Under the pieces are notes generated by a model. That model did not search any database, was not told the DNA's origin, and saw nothing but the letters and a program-made list of their open reading frames with translations. The position numbers and the translations under genes were made by a program. This document shows positions 51,060 to 59,626 of a stretch of DNA of 64,000 nucleotides, piece by piece. The number at the start of each line of letters is the position of its first letter. Positions within the stretch are counted from its first letter, which is position 1. Source of the DNA: a virus (taxonomy: Duplodnaviria > Caudoviricetes); the IMG/VR virus record IMGVR_UViG_3300025885_000002, positions 4,801 through 68,800 of that record; one strand, given 5' to 3'.

Positions 51060-54000
51060 CTATTGCTGCATCAGCGCTTCGCGCACAGCTCGCCCGATAG
51101 TCCGCGATGGTTTGCGCTTCTCTTGTGGCTCCGCACCCTTTGGCCCGAGCTTTTCAGGAACAGCCTTCGCCTCAGCCATCGCCTTCGTAGCTGTTCGATT
51201 CATTGCGTCAATGATTCGATCCTTTGTCGGCACGTCCGTTGCCGCGTCGCGCTGCTTCTTCAGTTCGCTCAAAACCGTTGCTGCTTTGTTCAGGACACCG
51301 TGAGCCTTCGCGTCACCCTGAGTCTGCCCCTCAGGGCTCTTCGCCTTTTGTCCAGTGAGATCAAGTTCGCGGTAGAACTGCTGCACTTCAGGAGTGCCCT
51401 TGTAGGTTCCCAGACCGAACCCGGCGAACGCAGGAGCAGCTTTCGCAACTCCGACCCATCCGTCTTCCGTGGCAGCGTCTATCAGGTCGTTTGCGATCAT
51501 TGGGACGACCATCTGGATGAGCTGGTTCTGATCCAAGAATGCCGACGCTCCCTTCTGTTGTGGCATCCCAAGAGTTACCTGCTTGCCGCGCATGTCCGTT
51601 CCGGCGATCAGATTCACGACGGCCCCAGGTACCGGCGCCAACTTCGAGCGCCCGAACTGCTTCAGGACCTCGAAGAACTTGTCATTGTCCGCCTGTGGCG
51701 CACCCACTATCGTGCTCTCAATCGCACGCCCCATTCGAAACATTTGGCGCACGAATCCACCCATCCCGCCGGTCAGATCGACATGCGTCTTTCCGAAGAC
51801 TGCCTTGCCGAAGTCCGCGTCATCGGGATCAGACGTGACTTTCGCGCCCATCGCGGCAGCCCCGCCGAATATCGCGGCGAACGCCGCCATCGATCGGAGG
51901 GCTTCAGTGGCCGCAATGCGGCGCATCACCGGGTCATAGTGGATGTATCTGAGTGGATTGTAGACATCGTTGATCAACTGCACGCGCGACACCTGGAGCC
52001 GCCCGCTGAAGAGAAGATGATTCGCAGCGTTCGCATAGGTCTTTAGATTCTTCCCAAGATTTCCTCGACCAGTTGCAGAATTCACCAGGTGAGCTGCCTG
52101 TTTGAAGAACTCCGGGTGACTCTCGAACGTGTAGCCCTTGAGTCGGCCGGCGTCTGCATACTTGCTGAACATCGAGATCCGTTGCTGATTCATTGCGAGG
52201 TTATAGGCTTGCTCTGATTTTCGAACGTGCCATAGTCTCGCAGCTATTTCGCTCTGAAACGCCTCTTCGGACGCGTACCGTGGATCCACTTCAGTTGAAA
52301 GCCCGACGGTATCCAGTCCCGCCTGGCGACCCAACTCAAAGTCAGGATGCTGCTGCAATTCTTGCTGAGCCTTCGCGAATCCCTCTCGACTGAGGCGATA
52401 TCCTTCAATCGTGCGGCCTTCACGCAGGGTCTTAATCGGGTGAGTGACCAGATAGAACAATCCCTGCCTGCCGAGTGGGGCATCGATCGATGCCTTCAGC
52501 GCGCGTGGAGCTGACTGCATTTCGTGTAAGACTCGGCCAGCCGTCGAGCGACTCAGCCGTTGGAACTCTCGCGCCTGCGCCGCACGCGCTTCAAACGATT
52601 CCCGCTCGGCTTGAGCCTTCTGAATTCGAAGACCCATTACTTGAGAGTCGGTCATTGCGCCAGCTTCGCCTTTCGTCAAACTGGCGATCTTCGCAGCTTC
52701 TCGCGCGGCACTCTTGGCATCCTCCATCCGCTGAAAGGCCTGCTTGAATATCTGCCCCTTATTCTTCTTGTTAACCAAATCTGGGAACTGCTGCTTGAGA
52801 TCGTGGTAGAACTTGGACGTTGGTAGTACTCGACTCCGCGGCGGACCGCCTGGCTTCTCCGGAAGCAGCATCCCCGTCGCAACGTGCACCAGATCCTCGA
52901 GAGTCTGCGGACTATCGGGAGCTGCAGTTGCAAGTCGCTCCTTGGCAGCTGCAGCGCTATCTCGAATCGGGGTATCCCAGAGCCTCGAAGTCCGTTCCGC
53001 CTCTCTTTGGGCACCGACGCTCTCACGGTAACCTTTCTGCTGAGCCTTGTTTGCTTCACGAGCTGTCTTACGAGCTTCCTGGAGCCTCTGGCGCGCTTCT
53101 TCGGCTTGCGAGCGAGCTTCGGCTTGTTTGGCTTCTCCAGCTGCTTTCGCGGCTTCCTGGGCCTTCTGTCTTATCGCCTTCTTTTCCTGTCGGGTCTGAG
53201 CGCGTTCCGCTTCACGGATCTTCTGACGAATCTCTTGAACCGCTTCCTGCTCTTTGAATAGCCGCTGCCGAGCCTCTTCTCCTGCTCCCTGCTGGCTTGC
53301 CTTCTCAGCTTCAGCCAGAGCCTTACGAGTCTCTCTCAGTTGAGCCCGGGCTTCCCTTGCTATCTTGGCCCGCTCTTGACGATCAGCCTCCACCGCGGCG
53401 TCTGCTGCTTCGCGCGCTGCCTTCGCCTGGTCGCGGCGTTCCCTGCGAGCCTGCCGGGTGTCGACCTTCTCGGCCTCTCTCAGGGCTCTGCGCGCCTCCC
53501 TGATTTCGCTCGCAATCTCCTGAGCGGCAGTCGACCGAGTCTTCATATCCGCCAATCGATCTATCGTGTCTGCGCGCTTCTCTTCCGAGTAGATCTCGTA
53601 TGCACGCCGGCGAATGTCTTTCAGGTACGGCTCAGCTTCAGGAACTGCGCGCAAGATGTCGGCTTCCCATGTCGGTAAATCTACCTTGCCCAAACTTGCC
53701 GCTCCGTATTCAGCGATAATCTCCGCATCGCCTGGCAGTTTCCCGCGCTCACCGACGGCGCCGATTTGTCTGGGACGCTCGACCTCACCTTTCAAATTGC
53801 CGAAGTCCAGCTTGCCCATCTTGGCGCGAAGCTTCTCGAACGCGACGTTGGACTGCCTTTTCAGCCGACCTTCATAGTTAGTCTTTTCCTTTGGCGGGGG
53901 CTGAGGTCTCTCTGCGTTCTCTATATCCTCATATCTCCCAGGTCCCTTGCCTGCAGCCTCTAAGCGCATTGCTTCAGAGAGCGAATCCCATGGATTCGGT

Positions 54001-57000
54001 GCGTCGCGATCATATGCGTTCAGGCGAGTATTCTCTCCCCAGGGACCATAGCCCGGAAGAATGAATCCTTCCTCGCGAAGATGGTCCACCATGTCCTCAA
54101 CAGACCTACCGTTTTTTGTTATCAGTCCGGTTGTAGCTCCCTCCTTGTTGGAAAAGTGCATTGCGATGTCTGACTCTGATTCGTGAATACCGCCAGCCTT
54201 GCGAATCGCTGTAAGGAGCGATACGGGCTTCCTCTTCGGGATAGCCGCAGAGGCTTCGAGAAAAGGGTCGCGGGCGCGCCGTTCGGTTTCCAACTCGGCG
54301 ACCAGACCCTCGAGATGCTTGATGCGGGCGTCAGCATCAAAGCCCTTCTCGGCGTTCGCCGTGATGCGCGTGGCCTCTTCGACTGTCAGCTCTTTCGGGC
54401 CCCACTGCCACTTCCGCTTAGCGCGTAACTCCTTCTTCAACTTCGTCGCGATGGTGAGTTGACGCTCCGGAGAAAACATTGCAACGGCCTTCACCGCATT
54501 GATTGCTTGGCCAGTGCGAGTCATCTTCTCGGCAAACTCAGAGGCGAAGTCGACGGCCTTTTGCATCAAGACCTCCGCTTCTCCCGCTCGCTTCGTGTCC
54601 CCGGCGATCTCGGCTGCCCGATCCTGCAACTCTCGAATTGCCGCGAATCCGGCGATTGTCGATTCCGCGCTTACGTTATCTCCTCGAGCGAACTCCATCG
54701 CACCGTCTACGCCCTTCTCTTTGAGAATTGCGCGACCACGTTCTTCGGCGACGCTCAACGGCTGAGGTTCGTAAGTTTTGTTTGTTCCGGGTTCGAGGCC
54801 AGCAGCGGCGAGCGTTTGAGGCAGTGCGCGCTCTTTGCTGCCTTGCGGATATTCAGGTGGGCCATCGAAGTGGCCCGACTCGTCGCGGGGTTGAAATGCA
54901 GAGTGATGCGTCTCGGCGTTCTCACTCTTCCCGCCGAGTGGAATGGTTACCATCTCTCCGTTCTTGCCGCTGAACGTAATCTCGTTGAGCTCTACCTTTC
55001 GGCCCTCCAGGTCGGTGCGGCCTGAATACTTCTCGCCAAGGCCTGGCTTCACATACGCAACAGTCACGTGAGGCTTGTACTCCGGATGAGTATCGGTATG
55101 AGGCAGCGCATCGGCAATGATCTTGTTCAGACGATGCAGGTCGGGACTGTCGACCTCGGCAATCACGGCGTCGGCTGTACCGTCTTCGACACTCTTGAAT
55201 GTGGACGTCTTACCTATCGTTGCTGTGATGGGACCTTCATCGGCGAGGATCTCTCGAACTTTCGCCGCATCTGCGGTGTGTAATCCGTACTTGACTGTGA
55301 TGTGGGGTTCGGTCTCGCGACCATCGGCAGCAAGATCCCCTGTCGGAATGGTGCGGCCGAGCGCACGTACGGCTTTCGCGTGCTCATTTGGAAGATCGAC
55401 CTGCGTTGAGCTGAACTTGTGGACGGTGCCCGGCTCTACATCTTGTGCTTGCTCGCGAGTGGTGCTTGCTCCACTTCGGCCTGCTTCTTGGGATCCGACT
55501 TCGGCGGCAGCGTTACCGTGAGCTTCCCGCCCGGCGGCAGGCTCAGGAGCCAATCCGCTAAGGGTTCTGCCGGTTGCGTCTTGTCCTGCGGTTGCCTTGT
55601 TCCGGTTGAGGCCGGCGTTTGCGGCTGCTTCGTTTTCTCCGATGCCATGATGTAGCTCTACTCCCTTAATCTCGTGGACGGTTCCATCAGGGGCTTCATA
55701 GCGCACTGTAGCATCTCTCAGGCGTGCTTGTATATTCCCTATTTTGGCCTGTAGCTCTTCCGGAGAACTTGCCTTCAACGCAAACTCATCGCCCTTGAGG
55801 TGATAGGCTCCCCCGGGATGTTCATCCGCTACTGCCTGTGCCACCGCGTGAAGAATCTCATCTCCCATCTCAGGCGCGATCTTGTCGTTCGTCCGCTTGA
55901 GTCCCACGACGTCCAGCGCCGCGTGGTGGTTCTTGATTCCAGCTTCCGCGTCTACAGCATTCGACTCATTGTAGGCCCGACGATTTGGGATGCCGGTCAG
56001 TTCGTGCGTCAACAACGCCTGCGCCCGTTCCTCCGGAGTCATCGCCTCGACTCGTTTGCGTTCCTCCGCATTTTGACGACGATCACCCTGGCGACGATCA
56101 CCTTCCGCTACTGGACGCTCAGAAGTGACGGGCGGCTGAGACTCCGTGACAAGCCCCCTTTCCGCAGGCGTAGCCCCCTGTGCCCGCGGTATCGGAGTCG
56201 TTTCAGTGGCAGGAACACCGTCAGCCGCCCGTTTTTCAAACTGAACTTCGTCCGGGCGTTGTGTCGCTGAAGTTGGCACGCTTTCTGGCGGAATCGCGGA
56301 CGGCTGCGCGCTCTCTGTCAGAGGAGCAGTACCCTGTTGTGTATCACCAGGTGCAGCCGCCCGCGCTTCCGGTTCAATAAATCGAGCCTTTGGGTTCTTG
56401 CCTGCTAAGAGCACCTCTTTAATCGAGCCGTTGTCGAACTTCACTCGGACGTGTTGCGCCTTTACCCCCCGCTGGTTTGCATCGGCGATGCCCAGCCCAA
56501 AGTCATCGTGCTCTACAATCCGGCCGGCATTCTCGTGAGCCATTTCTCGGGCGACACGCTCGCGAGCCTTTGCAACCGCCTGCTCCTCCGTTATCTTGCC
56601 GCCACCGTGGAGCGCGAAGGCGATATCGAAGATTCGCCGACCGAAGAAGGCCGTTCGCTCCTCGGGCGTTTTCGGAATGACGCTCCCGCCTTCAAGCGCT
56701 TCCGTGCCCATAGAAATTGCACTATTGGCGAGTGCTCGCCCTGCGAGTTTCGACAGGCCACCGAGAGTAGTCCTTTCAAGTGCACCGCCGGCAGCACCCA
56801 TTACAGCGGGAGCTCCCGCGCCGATAAGACCCTTTGTGATTGCTTCGCCAGCCGGATCACCTGAGCTGTAGCTCGACGCGGCTGCCTGTCCGCCCATGAG
56901 ATACGGCGCTGCTTCGGGCAGGACCGCTGAGGCTAACAGCACAGGAGCCATCCCAACGGCACCCTCGTAGATCTCTTTCCCGAGGCCGGGCTCAAGTCCG

Positions 57001-58241
57001 TGAGCGCGGAGGTTAGCGGCTTCTTTGCGTGCCCTACCTGCAACCTGGCTGAAGATATTCCCCGGCGTTTCAGCGTCTTGCTGCTGGTTGAGCGCCTTCA
57101 ATCTCGCTTGAAGGTCAGGCAGCTCGTTCTCAAGAGCATTGCGCTCGGACTCAGACCACGCCGAGCGAGGAACTTTGGCCGCGCCCAGTTCCGCTGCTTT
57201 CCCTTCCAATGCCGCGATCTGCTGCTTGAGCAACTTCTGCTCAGGAGTGTCTGTCGATAGTGCCCGGCCGATAGTGCCCAACTCCTCCGCGCCCAAGTCG
57301 ACTAGCGGCCCTTCGGTTGAATTGGCTAAACGTTGCGCCAGCGGATTCCGGATCGTGGGGTTTCCCATCACGTCCACATCAGCAACGGGATTTCCCGCCG
57401 CGTCATAGAGGCCGGGAGTCGTCCCAGGCTTAGGTAGCTTGTCGGATGTTACTCCGCCCTTGACCGCAGAGTAGCTGCCCTCTGGATACTGGCCTGTCTC
57501 CTTCGCGCGAGCCGCGGCCTGCATCGCGGGCTGATTCGTTTGCTCCTCCTCCCAAAACTTCAGCGGATCACTGCGGAAGTCCTGCGCCAGCTTCGATCGC
57601 TTAGGGCCTCGGACGCGACGACGCGGATTGAGCACTGGATCGGCGGGAGCCTGTGCAGCGGGCGCCGTACTCGGTCGCTTCTGATATGGATTCCCGAATT
57701 CATCGGCGCCGACTTCATACCCTTTCGCCTTCAGTCGATCAGCGTAGAGTTTGACCGCATCGGCGTTACCGCCTTTCTTGTAGATCTCGAATTGTCTTTC
57801 GGCCTCAGTATCTTCCTGGAATTGAGGAGCCACACTCTTAACGGGCTTATTGGACGACGCCCCTGGAGTAACCGCCGTTGAATCATCGTCAAAGGACAGG
57901 TCGTCCCACTTTGCTGTTTGCCGCGGCTTTGCGGTCGGCTTCCACGCGACGTGAAGATGATCGCCCTCATCCAGCATCTCGCTGATCTGATCACCGTAGA
58001 GGGACTCGATATGCTTGCGGGTTGCTTTCTTCTGCTCCGGCGTGCCAACCAGGTCCAAGGCGTTCCCGGTCAGATGATTCGAATGCTCCGCGCCGCCGAC
58101 CGCTTTGTTGTGCGCAGGCGTGCGAGTATAGGACGACGTGCGCATTCCGAGCCTCGTAGCTTCTCCGGCGATGTGGTCAGCTACGCCCGGAGGCTCATCG
58201 AACGTCAGATCGTCCCACTTGACTTTGGATTGAGGGGTCAT
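51060..58241 (-). CDS. Giant polyvalent internal virion / ejection protein with M15 peptidase, GGDEF-like and 2H phosphoesterase domains
   Basis: SNHLTGNALD...HLH (M15); ELTGIPNRR...D..GLK..ND...GD...KGDEF; PHITV/PHVTV; long coiled coil; position between tailspike/pilot and small ejection genes. Confidence 0.85.
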   Translation of the reverse strand: MTPQSKVKWDDLTFDEPPGVADHIAGEATRLGMRTSSYTRTPAHNKAVGGAEHSNHLTGNALDLVGTPEQKKATRKHIESLYGDQISEMLDEGDHLHVAWKPTAKPRQTAKWDDLSFDDDSTAVTPGASSNKPVKSVAPQFQEDTEAERQFEIYKKGGNADAVKLYADRLKAKGYEVGADEFGNPYQKRPSTAPAAQAPADPVLNPRRRVRGPKRSKLAQDFRSDPLKFWEEEQTNQPAMQAAARAKETGQYPEGSYSAVKGGVTSDKLPKPGTTPGLYDAAGNPVADVDVMGNPTIRNPLAQRLANSTEGPLVDLGAEELGTIGRALSTDTPEQKLLKQQIAALEGKAAELGAAKVPRSAWSESERNALENELPDLQARLKALNQQQDAETPGNIFSQVAGRARKEAANLRAHGLEPGLGKEIYEGAVGMAPVLLASAVLPEAAPYLMGGQAAASSYSSGDPAGEAITKGLIGAGAPAVMGAAGGALERTTLGGLSKLAGRALANSAISMGTEALEGGSVIPKTPEERTAFFGRRIFDIAFALHGGGKITEEQAVAKARERVAREMAHENAGRIVEHDDFGLGIADANQRGVKAQHVRVKFDNGSIKEVLLAGKNPKARFIEPEARAAAPGDTQQGTAPLTESAQPSAIPPESVPTSATQRPDEVQFEKRAADGVPATETTPIPRAQGATPAERGLVTESQPPVTSERPVAEGDRRQGDRRQNAEERKRVEAMTPEERAQALLTHELTGIPNRRAYNESNAVDAEAGIKNHHAALDVVGLKRTNDKIAPEMGDEILHAVAQAVADEHPGGAYHLKGDEFALKASSPEELQAKIGNIQARLRDATVRYEAPDGTVHEIKGVELHHGIGENEAAANAGLNRNKATAGQDATGRTLSGLAPEPAAGREAHGNAAAEVGSQEAGRSGASTTREQAQDVEPGTVHKFSSTQVDLPNEHAKAVRALGRTIPTGDLAADGRETEPHITVKYGLHTADAAKVREILADEGPITATIGKTSTFKSVEDGTADAVIAEVDSPDLHRLNKIIADALPHTDTHPEYKPHVTVAYVKPGLGEKYSGRTDLEGRKVELNEITFSGKNGEMVTIPLGGKSENAETHHSAFQPRDESGHFDGPPEYPQGSKERALPQTLAAAGLEPGTNKTYEPQPLSVAEERGRAILKEKGVDGAMEFARGDNVSAESTIAGFAAIRELQDRAAEIAGDTKRAGEAEVLMQKAVDFASEFAEKMTRTGQAINAVKAVAMFSPERQLTIATKLKKELRAKRKWQWGPKELTVEEATRITANAEKGFDADARIKHLEGLVAELETERRARDPFLEASAAIPKRKPVSLLTAIRKAGGIHESESDIAMHFSNKEGATTGLITKNGRSVEDMVDHLREEGFILPGYGPWGENTRLNAYDRDAPNPWDSLSEAMRLEAAGKGPGRYEDIENAERPQPPPKEKTNYEGRLKRQSNVAFEKLRAKMGKLDFGNLKGEVERPRQIGAVGERGKLPGDAEIIAEYGAASLGKVDLPTWEADILRAVPEAEPYLKDIRRRAYEIYSEEKRADTIDRLADMKTRSTAAQEIASEIREARRALREAEKVDTRQARRERRDQAKAAREAADAAVEADRQERAKIAREARAQLRETRKALAEAEKASQQGAGEEARQRLFKEQEAVQEIRQKIREAERAQTRQEKKAIRQKAQEAAKAAGEAKQAEARSQAEEARQRLQEARKTAREANKAQQKGYRESVGAQREAERTSRLWDTPIRDSAAAAKERLATAAPDSPQTLEDLVHVATGMLLPEKPGGPPRSRVLPTSKFYHDLKQQFPDLVNKKNKGQIFKQAFQRMEDAKSAAREAAKIASLTKGEAGAMTDSQVMGLRIQKAQAERESFEARAAQAREFQRLSRSTAGRVLHEMQSAPRALKASIDAPLGRQGLFYLVTHPIKTLREGRTIEGYRLSREGFAKAQQELQQHPDFELGRQAGLDTVGLSTEVDPRYASEEAFQSEIAARLWHVRKSEQAYNLAMNQQRISMFSKYADAGRLKGYTFESHPEFFKQAAHLVNSATGRGNLGKNLKTYANAANHLLFSGRLQVSRVQLINDVYNPLRYIHYDPVMRRIAATEALRSMAAFAAIFGGAAAMGAKVTSDPDDADFGKAVFGKTHVDLTGGMGGFVRQMFRMGRAIESTIVGAPQADNDKFFEVLKQFGRSKLAPVPGAVVNLIAGTDMRGKQVTLGMPQQKGASAFLDQNQLIQMVVPMIANDLIDAATEDGWVGVAKAAPAFAGFGLGTYKGTPEVQQFYRELDLTGQKAKSPEGQTQGDAKAHGVLNKAATVLSELKKQRDAATDVPTKDRIIDAMNRTATKAMAEAKAVPEKLGPKGAEPQEKRKPSRTIGRAVREALMQQ

Positions 58242-59614
58242 TGAATGACTTCAGTGATCGGGTCACCCTGGCTGTCGATACCTGTAACACGAACCTTCGT
58301 ACCATCTCTGCGGGTGGCGGTCTTGCCGATGCGGGGATCCTTCGAGTTTGTCACGCCAGGCTTCCCGCCCCCACCGCCAGACGTCTTCGCGCGACGTGAA
58401 CCGATCTTCTGGGGCTTCGGTGGCGGGTTGGCGTTGTCCCAGGACAGCTTCATCTTGGCGGCCTCATCGGGCTCCAGATCGCCGCGGGCAACCTGGCTGT
58501 CAATCTGAGTCAGTGCTTCTTGCTTGCGTTTGCTATGGGCAGCGGGCGTCTCGCTCCCTTCGGGAAAACCAAACACGTCCTCAGTGTCAGTGACCGCGTT
58601 GGGATCGGCCGGGACGTGCGCCGTGACACCTTCGACTGCACGTTTCGCTCCTGTCAGCTTGTTGACATACCAGACCTTTCCTTGCGCGTTGGTGATCTTG
58701 TCCCACTCGCTCGCTTCATTCTTAGGCGCGAACTGTTTCGGAGGAGGCTTTTTGCCTTCGAGCTCGGGTCGCCCCATTCGTAAGGCTTCGGCCTTGCTCG
58801 CGGGCACATTCGGATCACCGTGACTTAGCCACGTTTGATATGCCCGCTCCTCTGCGGACGTCCGCGCTGCGTTCGAGCGCTGATCGCGGTCTGCGGTGTG
58901 AGTCTCAGCTTCCTGCTTGAGCCGCTGGGCAGCGAGATCGTTGTCAACACCGATGTTGCCGATTCTCGCGTTACTCTCATTCAATCCCTGCTGAGTTTTG
59001 GCCTGCTCGATCTCATCCTGCTGTCGCTGCTGCCACAGGGGGAGATCTCTGTAATAGTGCTGCGCTCTGTGGTAGAAATCCGGATCGATCGCGCCGCCTA
59101 TTGCGCCAGCCGCAGCTCCGCCGACTCCCCCGCGCATAAATCCCATTCCTGCGGATTTCAATGCGTGCACCACGCGAGAGCCGAATCCGATCGGCTTACC
59201 GTGTTCGTGCAGGTCTGGCTCTTCCGGCCGCGGAGTAAAAGGAAACGGAGCATTCGGAGGAGCGCCCACAGTATTCGCAGGCGTAGTCGACATTCCGGCT
59301 GGAATTTCCGGCTGCGGCGTACCCTCCATTCGAACTGCAGCCAAACTTGGAGGCGCTGAATGCGAGGCGGGAGGCATTACCGATGCGTTTGGGAGATTCA
59401 ATCGATCAAGGGCTCTCGGATCGGTCGGCGCGATATTGGCATCGGGTAAAGGCGCTTGTCGAAGCCTCTCAGCTACCAGATCGGGCTGCGCGGCCACCGG
59501 TTGCGACACTGGTTGCGGCCGAACCGTTGCCTGGAGCTGATTCGGCTGTTGAGCCATGAGCATATCTTGAAGGCGCTTCTTGAGTAGATCGTCTGAAGTT
59601 GGAAGGTTGTACAT
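58238..59614 (-). CDS. Putative DNA pilot / ejection protein
   Basis: Pro/Gln-rich disordered N-terminus, GMGFMRGGVGGAAAGAIGG segment, coiled coil. Confidence 0.6.
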   Translation of the reverse strand: MYNLPTSDDLLKKRLQDMLMAQQPNQLQATVRPQPVSQPVAAQPDLVAERLRQAPLPDANIAPTDPRALDRLNLPNASVMPPASHSAPPSLAAVRMEGTPQPEIPAGMSTTPANTVGAPPNAPFPFTPRPEEPDLHEHGKPIGFGSRVVHALKSAGMGFMRGGVGGAAAGAIGGAIDPDFYHRAQHYYRDLPLWQQRQQDEIEQAKTQQGLNESNARIGNIGVDNDLAAQRLKQEAETHTADRDQRSNAARTSAEERAYQTWLSHGDPNVPASKAEALRMGRPELEGKKPPPKQFAPKNEASEWDKITNAQGKVWYVNKLTGAKRAVEGVTAHVPADPNAVTDTEDVFGFPEGSETPAAHSKRKQEALTQIDSQVARGDLEPDEAAKMKLSWDNANPPPKPQKIGSRRAKTSGGGGGKPGVTNSKDPRIGKTATRRDGTKVRVTGIDSQGDPITEVIQ

Positions 59615-59626
59615 TTGGTCCGACCG

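Noticed and set aside
53020-53560. Quasi-repeats (EARQRL, REAEK) in the giant protein
   Set aside because: Ordinary coiled-coil periodicity at protein level, not a DNA repeat array
51060-58241. Tape measure protein
   Set aside because: No tail tube, sheath or chaperone genes nearby; enzymatic domains and neighbours fit a podoviral ejection protein better, though the missing genome part prevents certainty
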